Of a stretch of DNA of 64,000 nucleotides, positions 1-10,547 are shown one piece after another; positions within the stretch are counted from its first letter, which is position 1, and each line of letters opens with the position of its first letter. A program made the translations under genes and the position numbers. Location of the stretch: positions 14,848,645 through 14,912,644 of the forward strand of contig OZ316893.1 of the NCBI GenBank assembly GCA_973895155.1, written 5' to 3'. The stretch comes from Marsupella aquatica. Taxonomy: Eukaryota > Plantae > Marchantiophyta. Under the pieces are notes generated by a model, which saw only the letters and a program-made list of their open reading frames with translations, did not search any database and was not told where the DNA came from.

Positions 1-1124
1 TGATCAAGTGAATTTACCGAGGAATTTATGTGTCACATCTTACATAGCCATATCTATAATTTCATATGACATATGAGTCTAAGTATGATGGCTCTGTCTC
101 ATACTTGAGTTTCTCTATTCTTGTACAAATGGAATTAAACTATTGCTTATGAGCTGCATGTATGAGTCTAAGGTTCTTGTTCTTCAAACCTAAGTAACTC
201 ACTATGGCACTATGGTGGGCAGCCTGGAATTTGAGAGGGCATAGTGGCCAAAGTATGATAAATAAGTGACTAATGTCACTTTGCCAGTCAGACATCCAGC
301 TAATATTCAAGATGCAGCCAACGGAAATGTACATGATGAGCTTGTACTAGAGGATTGTGAGGAGGTGCAGGAGGATTCAAGTAATTATGAGAAGGTATTA
401 TAGTAGATTTATGGTAAAGTTGAGAGCATTCCTCAGTTGAGTAGCATTGGAGTGACTAGCTTCTTGAAATTAGGAGACAATATGTTTTCACTTGGGGTTG
501 GTTATGAGTTTGTACAAATTTTAAAAATTCATTGCTGAATATGTCGAATCCATCAACAAATTGTACCTGGGGCTGACCGTAGCTTGAAGAGGAAAGAGTC
601 ATTTGTTGACAAGATGTGGAAGAGGAGAAGGCGTTCAAAAAATTCGCACAGAAACTCAAATTGGCCTAAGGCATCTTTGCAACTCCTTTTGTGAAGGTTG
701 TTATTATGCAAGAGTCAATTCAAAAGAAGCTTGGCAGGGCTGCTTTGGCATGCATGCATTTGAACCAGGAGCATGATTGGCATTTGACAACATCAACGGG
801 CAATACAAGAAGCCTACAAAATAGGTTAGCAGTCAAAAGACAAACAATATTGATATTCAGAACATTGATCCATGTGCAACAATGACACACTACTTCCAAA
901 GGTGAAACCAACTGAGGAGAAAAAGTCCCAGAAAAAGTGGGAGAAAAAGTCTCATGTCAAATGAGCATCTAACCACCTGTTGAGAAGAAGGGCATTGTTC
1001 AGCAAGTTCAAAAAGGAGTAGGAGAGAAGACAATTGTGGCTAGAATAAATCCCATGTCACTAACTCAAGTGTCATGGGACCTTTGGTATAACCTAGTATT
1101 TTTGTAAAAATCCAGCGTCTTACA

Positions 1125-2155
1125 TCTACAACTATAATACTGAATCCCGCCTAATTTCGTCCTTTGTCCGTTTATGAAAATCAGAAATGGCAAGATCCAA
1201 TCTTGATTGTCCATTGAACTGATTATTTATATCCCACCATCAGATGCACACAAAACCATATCATCATCTCTTCTGTCTCACACTAATAGGCGTAGTAGCA
1301 GGTTCAAGGTACACCTGCCCAAAGTACATGCACATAGGACAAAAGGCACCTTACACATGCTCACATTACATGCAATAAGACTAATGTACTTGAAAGTACC
1401 ATGAATATGGGTTGTACTAGAATGTACAACCAATTATTATGCTCCCCAAAAAATGATGCTAAGTATGCAAATGATGTGGAGAGTAGAGAGAAACTGGTCG
1501 GGAGTAAGGAAAGTGGGGGGAGAGATAAAGGAAAAACAAAAGAAAAGATAAAAGTTAGGATAGGAAGAGATATTAGAATGTGGGAAGAGAGGAGAAAGGG
1601 AGAAAAAGTAAATTTAGTGTTTTTAAGCCTCCAAACATTTAAAAAATATACCTAAATATTTGTAAATATATTGTGTCAAAATGATGAGATTTTCACACCA
1701 AATGTGACAAAACTCTCGATGCTTTTTTATCATGATTGTCTTACAAAATTTTCCATATATAGTCCCAAGGCCTTACATGGAAGCAAATCTCTTTCTCACA
1801 TTGTCATCTTTATCTCACCTCGACATCTTTTATCTACTCAACATCTTTTTCTCACCCTCAAAATCGTTTTTCATCTCGCCATCTTTTTCTCACCTTGACA
1901 TCTTCATCACAACACAACATTTTCCCCTCACCCTTGCCATTATTTTTCCTCTTTGACATCCTTCCTCACCTTGACTTCTTTTCCTCACCTTGACATCTTT
2001 TTCTCTCATCGGCATCATTTTTCACCTTGGCGTCGTTTCCTCATCTCGACATATTTTCTCACCTCAACATCTTTTTTCACCTTGACATCCTTCCCTCATC
2101 GCAACATCTTTTCTAACCTCAACATCTTCTATGCAACGCACAGGCATAGGGCTAG
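1125..2155 (+). mobile_element. Non-autonomous Helitron (~1.03 kb)
   Basis: The 5' end reads A|TCTACAACTATAATA at 1125 and the 3' end reads TGCAACGCACAGGCATAGGGCTAG|T with CTAG at 2152-2155. It sits between A and T with no TSD. The 3' end resembles plant Helitron termini of the ...TGCAACGCACGGGC...CTAG type. No RepHel ORF. Confidence 0.7.
1785..2130 (+). repeat. Degenerate ~18-19 bp minisatellite (CTCACCTTGACATCTTTT-like) inside the Helitron
   Basis: More than 15 imperfect copies of ctcacc(t/c)(t/c)gacatctt are visible. Confidence 0.85.
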
Positions 2156-2299
2156 TAGAAGACATAAAGGATTAGATGAGATGTATTTAGTACAAGGCAT
2201 CACTTTTGGTCCCGCTTTTGGCATGGACTTTTGTTTCATGGAACACAATGGATTTTGTTCAAGTTAGTATTGTCATGTCATTTTCAAGTCATTGTTGGT

Positions 2300-2470
2300 G
2301 ACTCAACCATTTCAAGTCTGAATAGTGCACACTATCATTACTTGAAAATGATAGTCTGACTACACTATCATTCCTTTCAATAGTCATTCATTGATAGTGT
2401 GCAATAGTCAGAGTATTGAGATGACTATTGCAATGATTTTGTTCAAGATGGTTGCACACTAATGATAGAC
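2300..2470. repeat. Foldback/MITE-like patch with ACTATCATT/AATGATAGT motifs
   Basis: Repeated actatcatt and its reverse complement; caaccat at 2305 versus atggttg at 2448. Confidence 0.35.
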
Positions 2471-2802
2471 ACAGTCCCTAACATCTCTAATCATGGACAT
2501 CCTGTCCATGAAGTTCTATGCGTTCAGGCCTCTTTGCTGGCTATGTTTTATGCTTTGTGCCTCGTCCCTACACACCACAGGCAAAAACAAAGAAGATATC
2601 AAAAGAACAACCCTGATCTGCCCACTTCCATCGCACTCTTAGACAGGCCAAAACAACAAAGACAATATGCATAAAGCCAGGCATAAAGCCCAATCCAAAT
2701 CTATGCATAGTTGTTGCTCACTTATACACTGGCCCGCGCAAATCACAAAGAGAATGCACCTTCAAAATGCTTGTGTCCTGCAGGGTCTCCTGCTCCCCAC
2801 TA

Positions 2803-2910
2803 CAAATAGGCAAAAATAAGAAAATGCCATCTAGGGTTACTCCTATCCCGGTGATTGGAATGATTGTCACTAACCCTAGATGGCATTTTAATTCTTATTT
2901 TTGCCCTTTG
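2803..2910. repeat. Inverted repeat / hairpin (~31-bp stem)
   Basis: ggcaaaaataagaaaatgccatctagggtta (2809-2839) pairs with taaccctagatggcattttaattcttatttttgcc (2871-2905), with one 4-nt bulge. Confidence 0.85.
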
Positions 2911-3269
2911 CCTGTTTGGGCTTTTCAGCACTTTCCCTAATCTTTGGTATTCACGTAGAATAACCTTAAACTTCATATAACAAACTGAAGAAGATAAAGG
3001 TGAAAAAAAGGTTTGAGGTGGGGATGCCATGTAAGCTTAACAACCTATTCATTAAATGGTTTACAGGACATTGCTCAAATGTACATTGTTGCAGCCCAAA
3101 ATTCCAATTTTCAGCTACAAATGTTTGATATATATAAAATGAAATGAAAAACAACTCATAATGTAAACACCATAATATGCAACCCCGGGTATGCAACCCT
3201 GACGGTCTGTCTATCTTTTGCATGGTCTGTTTATCAAAAGTCAATGTAGCAGGAAACCTCCCCAGCCTC

Positions 3270-3500
3270 ATTGTATAGACATTTTTCTTTAACCATGAAA
3301 TGGACCTAAAGGTGCCACTATGCACCATTCTCCCTACCCAACCTGTCACTCTCCCCCCATTTTGCACACCCCTTAAATCCAGTTTGTCAAGACAACTTGC
3401 AGACAACTTCTGACTGCCATGCCATCTCTCACTTATGCTCAAAAACAATTTCCTTTTGACATCAATTACTATTGAAGATACTCAGTCTTGCAACGCATAG
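3270..3500 (+). repeat. Dispersed repeat, homologous to 22150-22410
   Basis: Shared ordered blocks: ttaaccatg...aaggtgccactatgcacc...catctctca..tatgct...ttactattga. Confidence 0.7.
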
Positions 3501-3610
3501 GAATTGGGCTTACTAGGGATATAATGAAAATGATTTTACTGTAGTTGTACTTAGGTAGAAAGAGATTGATGAAACTCCTTGGCTGGGAAAAATTCTGCCG
3601 CCAGATTGGA

Positions 3611-3995
3611 ACAGCACGGAAGCAAGTTAAAATAACTTTTCGCACTCAAAGATTCCGAGCGAGATTCTACTACAGCTACAAGCTCCTACTAGAGTATTGC
3701 TCACGCGCCGTAGCATGGAACTCTGGTTAGTAAGCAGCCCTCTTGCACTTGCAAAACCTGAAGGAAAAATACAAAGTGGTCAGAAATAAGGGAAGAAATG
3801 GACAGCACGGAAGTAAGTTAAAATAACTTTTTTGCACTCAAAGATTTCGAGCAAGATACTACTACGGCTACAAATTACTACTACAGTATTGCTCACACGC
3901 CGTAGCATGGAACCCTGGTTAGTAAGCAGCCCTCTTGTACTTGCAAAACCTGCCAAAAAAAATGCAAAGTGGTCAGAAATAAGGGGAAAATGGAC
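3611..3995 (+). repeat. Tandem duplication of ~191 bp (2 copies, plus a partial echo at ~4066-4105) upstream of FAS2
   Basis: acagcacggaag..aagttaaaataactttt starts at 3611 and again at 3802; both units end in ggtcagaaataagg...aaatggac. Confidence 0.9.
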
Positions 3996-4148
3996 TCCTT
4001 GCAGTTAGCCAGGTTTTGCACTTAAGGAGTGTGCAGTTAGCACTCGGTGACGGTACTGCTGTATAGCTCGCGCGCCGTAGCATACTAGCATGGAACCGTG
4101 ATTAGTGCGTAAACCGAGGTTAGCGGCGCGCATTAGTGAGGGGCGCTG

Positions 4149-4158
4149 GTTCCCGCCA
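4149..4158 (+). promoter_or_regulatory. Possible E2F-binding site (TTCCCGCC) near the inferred FAS2 transcription start
   Basis: gttcccgcca lies just before the GA-rich leader. CAF-1 genes are S-phase genes. One mismatch to WTTSSCSS. Confidence 0.3.
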
Positions 4159-5226
4159 CTTTTGTTGGCGATGGGGAACGAAGAGAGAAGAGAGAAGAGG
4201 GAGCGAAGAAAAAGAAGCGGAGCACAAAGATCAGCATCTCCGACGCTTTTTTGAAGACGATGAAGCTCGAGCGAACGCAATCCTCTCGACAATTCGACGC
4301 CAGACAATTACGGGAGCCGAGCTTCTCTAGCTCATTCTCCCCCGCCGGCTTCTCGAATTGAGTTCGGCGTCGTCGAGGAAAGACGCCATCGCTGAAGCTC
4401 GCTCGACAGGTTTTGGCCCAACCTCGCTCGTCTGTCGGACATTCGTCGACTCGTCATCGACGTCCTCTCCAGAGCTCGCTTTCATACTGGCTCACTGCCG
4501 TCGAATGCTGTTTCTGGTCGTGGATGGAGGGATGGCGGAATTTGAATCAGCAGGAACGGCTTCGGTTCAGGACTCCTCTTCTTCGATGTCGCGGATCAGC
4601 TGCCCGCTGACCTGCCCCGCTCCGACTGGATGATTGTGTTCATTGTCGAGTGAGCTTCCGTGCTCTCCCTCTTCAGTGCTGTCTCATGAGACGCCTGTGG
4701 CGTCCGAGGAGCTGTCGGTGTTCGGCGTAGCTCACGTGTGTTCACCTAGAGGCATGAATTGTGGTGGAGCGGGGAGGGGAGGGTCAGGTTGAGAGTTGAT
4801 ACCCCGTTGGTCTCACTGTCTCATGAACTGGAATCCACAGGAGGCTCGGAATTGGAGTTGGACTGTGGGCATTGTGGCTCACTGATTTTAAGAGGACCTC
4901 CAAGGGATTGGGAATGCAGGGGAGGCGGGGAAAGGATGTCGACGGCTTCATCGAGGGGATGTTTTTCTTAAAGAGTCCGGATGAAGGAAAGATGTGGAGG
5001 CAGAGGTTACGGGTGCGCAATGCGGTGGAGCTGATCGAATGAGTTTATGTATTAGAGTTTCAGTTATTGAGCTGGATGATAATTTGCAGAGAGGGCAACT
5101 TAGAAGATTGATCAGCAGAGGGGAAGAAGGAACTGTTCCGTGGAACTGAACCGAGCTCCTTTGGCTGGCCGCTGTTAGTCCGTAGTGCGTGACGAGGAGC
5201 AAGAGAGCTTGTAGGGCTCCGACGGT

Positions 5227-8200
5227 ATGAAGGGAGGGACAGTGCAAATCTTGTGGCATGGCTCGGACCCCATTCTTTCGGTTGACTTTCATCTTCCCAC
5301 CGGCCTCCTCGCCACTGGGGGTGCAGACCGTGATATTAAGGTAAGAAGGATTAGAATACGCTGCGGCGGTAAATGTTGATTACGGCAGTCTCTCTCTACA
5401 ACATTTCTTTGTTGGACTAGTTTCCTTCGTGGTGGTAAAGTAATTGCTTATAGTCAACCATCCCTCTACACATGCCTAGGAAGCCAGAGTGGAAAGCGAT
5501 GGTCTTGACGTTTACTGGTGTAGGATTCTGTAGTAGTGTGGCATCTGATTAGACTTGTCGGAATGCAGCTGTGGTCTCTTCATCGTACAGAGAAATCCAA
5601 AGCCATACCTTCTGCCACGTTTAAAGCCAACCTCTCTTATCACTGTGCGGCTGTGAATGTGGTGCGGTTTTCTCCATCAGGTTGGTTGGGATAGCAGGAC
5701 CTCACCATCTTTTCTCCAACAAGTGTTGATTCATCAGTTTCCTGACATGTGACCCACTACTGCTTTGCTTGCCAACTGGCTGCTTGTGCTCCTTTTTGAA
5801 TAGTGTCGTGATGTTCGTATCTTTCCTCATTCTACAACAGCGCTTTTGTTATGCGCATTACCATTACGTTCACTTCTTATTGGCTTACTATTGCCACAGA
5901 TGGACCCAATGGAACTGTGCCTGAGAATGGGCAAACGATGGTGTCTGAAATGTCGCATTTCTTTCTTTTTGTGTGCAGGGGAGCTGCTTGCCTCCGGTGC
6001 AGATAGTATGTCCATACTTCCCTTTCTTACTTTTTCAGGATAATTATCAGGAGTTCTCAATTCAAATAGTCCCCATGCGAAATCGCTCGAGAGTGCACAG
6101 AAAATTTCGTCTTTGTCCTCAACAAATCTTGTAAGAGTCCTGATCAGTGTTTTCTTCTCTAGATGGTGAATTGCTAATTTGGAGGATCACTCAGACTGAT
6201 GAAGATATTCCTGCATGGAAGGTCTGGAAGACACTTCGGTATGACTCTTCCACCCTCATTTCCCTGTAGATTACTTTCTCAGGTCTCCTGTATTCTCTTT
6301 CTTTCTGTCATTGAAGAGGTTCTCTCGTAGTTCAACTTGCCTGTGTCTTGAAGAGCCGACAGCAAGGCTACCATCAATGTTACCTCTTCAAGTTAATTTG
6401 TGTGAAGCTATCACACAGCTTAAGAGATGACGAAATTCTATGATTTTCTCACTGGTCATTGCTGAGCTGACCACTGGATGAAGAGTACTTCACAACCTTT
6501 TTGTCTTCTAATCATAGAAGCGAACAGTGATTTCTCGGGCAACTGCTTCCACAATTTGTTGAGCCTGTCAATTGATTTATTGTCTTCTTCTTTGTCTTGT
6601 CTGTTGAATTGCAGGTTTCATAACAAGGATGTGTTGGACTTGGGGTGGTCACCAGATGGTGCTTTTCTTTTTTCTGGGTCTGTAGACAACACGTCCATAA
6701 TTTGGAACGTTGAGAAAGGTGTTGACACCTTGACTGTTTCTGACACCCTATTCTCTCACGCAACAGCCACTGCATGTGTAGCCAGCCTCCTGTGGAATCC
6801 TGGGATTTCCTCCAATTATAGACACTACTTCCGTGAATGTGAATGGCTGTGAAGTAGTAGTGTTGTTTCATATCTATGTGATATAGCGGCATCTCCTATG
6901 TCGGTTTCTAGATTTGCTACTCCTGCAACCAGCCACTCATTGTGCTGCATATAATGTCAGGTGCTGTTGAGCAAGTTCTTGCTGATCACCAGCATTACGT
7001 GCAAGGTGTAACCTGGGATCCTACTGGAAAGTATGTCGCCTCATTAAGTGGTGATCGGACATGCCGAATCTATTCACTACGATCTCCCTCGAAGAGAAGC
7101 AAGGCCAAGGACAAAAATGTGAAACGCGTGTATACATGTCAGCATATTCTGTGCAAAAAGGAAGTGTCTGCTGGTTCTGCGGGGCCGACAACCGTGGATG
7201 TCGATGAAGCCTCTCAAAAACAGGTGCTTCCTTCGCTCGGACAGTATGAGAGTCCAATGTTGTGCTTTGCTTGACAAAACTCACTAACTGTAGATTCAGA
7301 GTGCTCAGATTCAGAATGCTAGATGTGGGTTGATGCGAATCACAAATATGTCTCCTTCGATGGATAATTTACTAGAGGATACACATCTTGAAAGTTATAG
7401 ACAATGACAGGAGACTCTGCTATCTGACTTTTTGCTGTAGCTATTGCCTATTGACTACTCTGCCGTGTTGGACGGCGGAACAATGTTAATGTAAGTTTTG
7501 GTGGCTTCATTCCGTTACTATTTGCATGGTGAATCTTTGCAGGTCCCTTCCTCAAAGCAGTACCTGTTCTATGACGAAAACATGCCGTCCTTTTTTCGAA
7601 GATTGTCCTGGTCACCAGATGGATCTTTTCTACTCCTGCCATCAGGTTAGATCACAGTTTCTACTTGTAAAAACCTTCAAATTCTTGGAACCACTACGGT
7701 CAATGTAAGTAGGATTTAGGGGAATCACAAAACGGTCTCTTACTACTAGAGTTTTACATTAGTGAATATCTCCTATGAATAATTGTAACTTGCTGAGAGG
7801 AATGACAGCATCTGCTCTTAGTACTTGAATTTTGGCTTCAGCGAATATATCCGATGATTAATTCTACTACATTGAGTCACTAAAAACAATGTTGTCCTTT
7901 GATGGGCAGGTGTTGAGAAACACTCGCCTGACGCTGCTGCTTGCAGTGTAAGCTACATTGTGTCCAGAAATGATTTGTCAAGGTAGTTGTTTACGCCTTC
8001 CTGCTGCTCTTTACAGGATCAAGTTTCTGTACCTGCGATGCGATGCGATGCCTTGTGATTCCTAGCAGAAGTTCTGCCCTTTGTATGTACGTGTATTAGT
8101 GAAATCGAGTTATCTCGGACAATGCTCTTCAATCCCTAAAATGAAATCTCGATCGAAACAAGTACTCAATCAATTACAGGGAAAGGGACTGAGCAGGTGG

Positions 8201-10547
8201 TTTTGTTCTTTCTGATATGAAGTTTTGGTCAATAGTACTGGGCAATTGAAAAGGCTCTGGAAGCAATATAATAGCCTAATGTCTCGCTTTAACCAGCTAT
8301 GGAAAATGTATGTGGACAGTTCAACTCTCTTGGCATCCAACAGGACTGATACGAAGGTTAGCAAAGACTGACAGCGTTTTACTAATGTTGTGAATTATTT
8401 CTTGCAGACCTGCTTTGCAGCTTCCCGCAGCAAGCAAACCAGTAGTAGCTGCACGATTTTGTCCCGTTATATATTCTTTGTCTCAAAAGAAATCTTGGAA
8501 ACATGATACCAGTGTACAAGGTATTGACAAGACGTCCAGCATTCTGAAGCTTCCACATTCTGATTTGGTGCTTCTTAAAAGGATTGCGACTAAAGTTGAG
8601 AGAGTTTCACTGATCGTGGAAATGAAGATCTGTTTGTAGTAGTCTTTCTCCTTCTTTCCCCTGCGTCAACTGCGCTAACTTTGCCAATTTTAAATTTTAA
8701 CGTCACAGTTTCTCCTGAATCCAATATCCATCTCTTGTCCTGGTTGGTTGTAGGTGTCGGAGCATTCAAATTTCCTTACAGGCTTGTATTTGCCGTTGCA
8801 ACACTAAATTCTGTCTTTATTTATGACACGGAGCAGAGCTGCCCAATTGCGATCTTTGCTGGCCTCCACTATGCCCCTATCACAGATCTTGCGTGGTCTG
8901 TTTCCTCAAAAAGTTTGACCGTTTCAGGGTTTATCCGTTTACATAATCATAATCTATAAAATAAACGATTATGACAGAAATAATTGATTCGAATTAAGCA
9001 GCTGCGGTTCTGTCATTGTATATAGGCTAGAAATCTAGCAGGTCATCATTCTATCCTTGATATTATCTAAATCCTTTGTCCGCTGCCAACAAAGAAAGAA
9101 GCGCTGGATTATTGGTGACATCTTGACTTACAAGTGACTCATTTTGCTATCCAGGTCCTTTGATGCTAAGTTTCTTGCTGTCTCATCTCAAGATGGGTAT
9201 TGCACGCTCGTGGGTTTTGATGAGGGGGACCTTGGTACTCCTTTGCCACCTACAGGTACTGCTTATCTTTCAGACTCTGAATTTCTTTCCCAGATCCATG
9301 TTGTTTGGTGTACTGTCTAGGGTCCACCCCCTAGACGTGTATGACACTTTTCCTCAATAGCATATCGTCAATCTGGATGGCAAATTATTAAACCAAGATA
9401 GCCCTGAACTTAGTCCTTGCTTGACGAGTATCGGATCTTTTCTGGGAACATGAAATGTCCATATTTAGTAAAATTGTGGACTTTTATCTTATTTCATCTC
9501 TCAATGCAAGGTGATTAATAGGGCCTGTTGGTTTTGTTGAACCAGATCTACCATCTGAAATCGGGAGCCTGCTACCAGACAGCCGATTTTCAAGCATTCA
9601 ATTGGAATCCTCTGTTGTACCAAGAGTGAAGGTTCCAACCGAGACTAGTGTAGATCCATCGTCTGAGAAAGATCCAGCAGCAACTGGGAAGTCTTCTTCT
9701 AAGAAACAAGGCGATATCCATATGAAACCACAGAAGATTCGGAGGATCAATCCTAAACCAATTTCTGATTATTTGCAGAAACCAGCTGTATTGCCTCCCG
9801 AGTCTAGTATTCGAATAAGCAATTCAGGTATTATCCAAGCTCTAATTCCGTCTCCCTTTCTCTGAAGCTAGTCTGGGGTTGTCAGTGACCAATTTCGATG
9901 TTCTTAATTCTAACCCTTCCGAATGCGATTGTGAATCAGGTGGCGAAGATGTTAAAGAATGTTTTTCATCAGAAGTTCGAGGGAATCAATCTAATGGAGA
10001 GGTCCCTCAAACAGTGGCACAATGTCCTGAATTACAATTAGACACAGTAGGGTGCAGCAGGGTAGACAGGGATAAGAGATTAGGCGGGATGGAGTCATCG
10101 TTAGGTGGCGTATCAAGTAGTGGGTCTGCACAAGCAAGTACCCCTGCTTGTGAGGCGGTCGGGAAGGAAACTTCAGAGATGTGGGAATCATGTTCGACAA
10201 CGATAGAGGACAAACCTGATATCTGCAGAATTACCGAGAGTGACAAGATGGTGGAACTATTAAGGAAAGATGAACAGGGTGTGCCAAAGCCTGCAGTAGG
10301 GTTGAGTTCTGCACCTCTTGGTGAAGATCATCATCACGCACTTGGTGGTGTGGGTGAGGAGGACCAATGTAAGTTTGAAAAGCCCCGAGATCCGTACACT
10401 GATATTTATGTCAGACCTTTGAAGTTCAGAAGGATCTCTCCAAAGTTAATTTCTGATGACATTGAAAAACCTTCCAACCTGAAACCACTCTCCAGTGAAA
10501 CCACCTTTCCTTTGCCTGGTGGTCGTCGAGAACTACAGCCAACGTAG
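5227..10547 (+). CDS. FAS2: Chromatin assembly factor 1 subunit B (CAF-1 p60, WD40), FASCIATA2
   Basis: 13 GT-AG exons: 5227-5340, 5569-5680, 5979-6005, 6163-6238, 6615-6718, 6961-7223, 7543-7645, 7910-7982, 8408-8520, 8754-8895, 9155-9255, 9546-9827, 9940-10547. The translation [22 protein letters not shown]...[12 protein letters not shown]...[12 protein letters not shown]...[13 protein letters not shown]...[12 protein letters not shown]...[13 protein letters not shown] matches plant FAS2. Confidence 0.95.

Noticed and set aside
1-1120. Possible decayed transposase or LTR sequence
   Set aside because: Stops in all frames and no recognisable motif or paired termini, so it cannot be classified.
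4005-5020. Short ORFs on both strands upstream of FAS2 as a separate gene
   Set aside because: No homology recognised and the frames are interrupted; better explained as a GC-rich leader.
6006-6013. FAS2 intron 3 donor GTATGTCC as U12-type
   Set aside because: It does not match RTATCCTT and is an ordinary U2 GT-AG intron.
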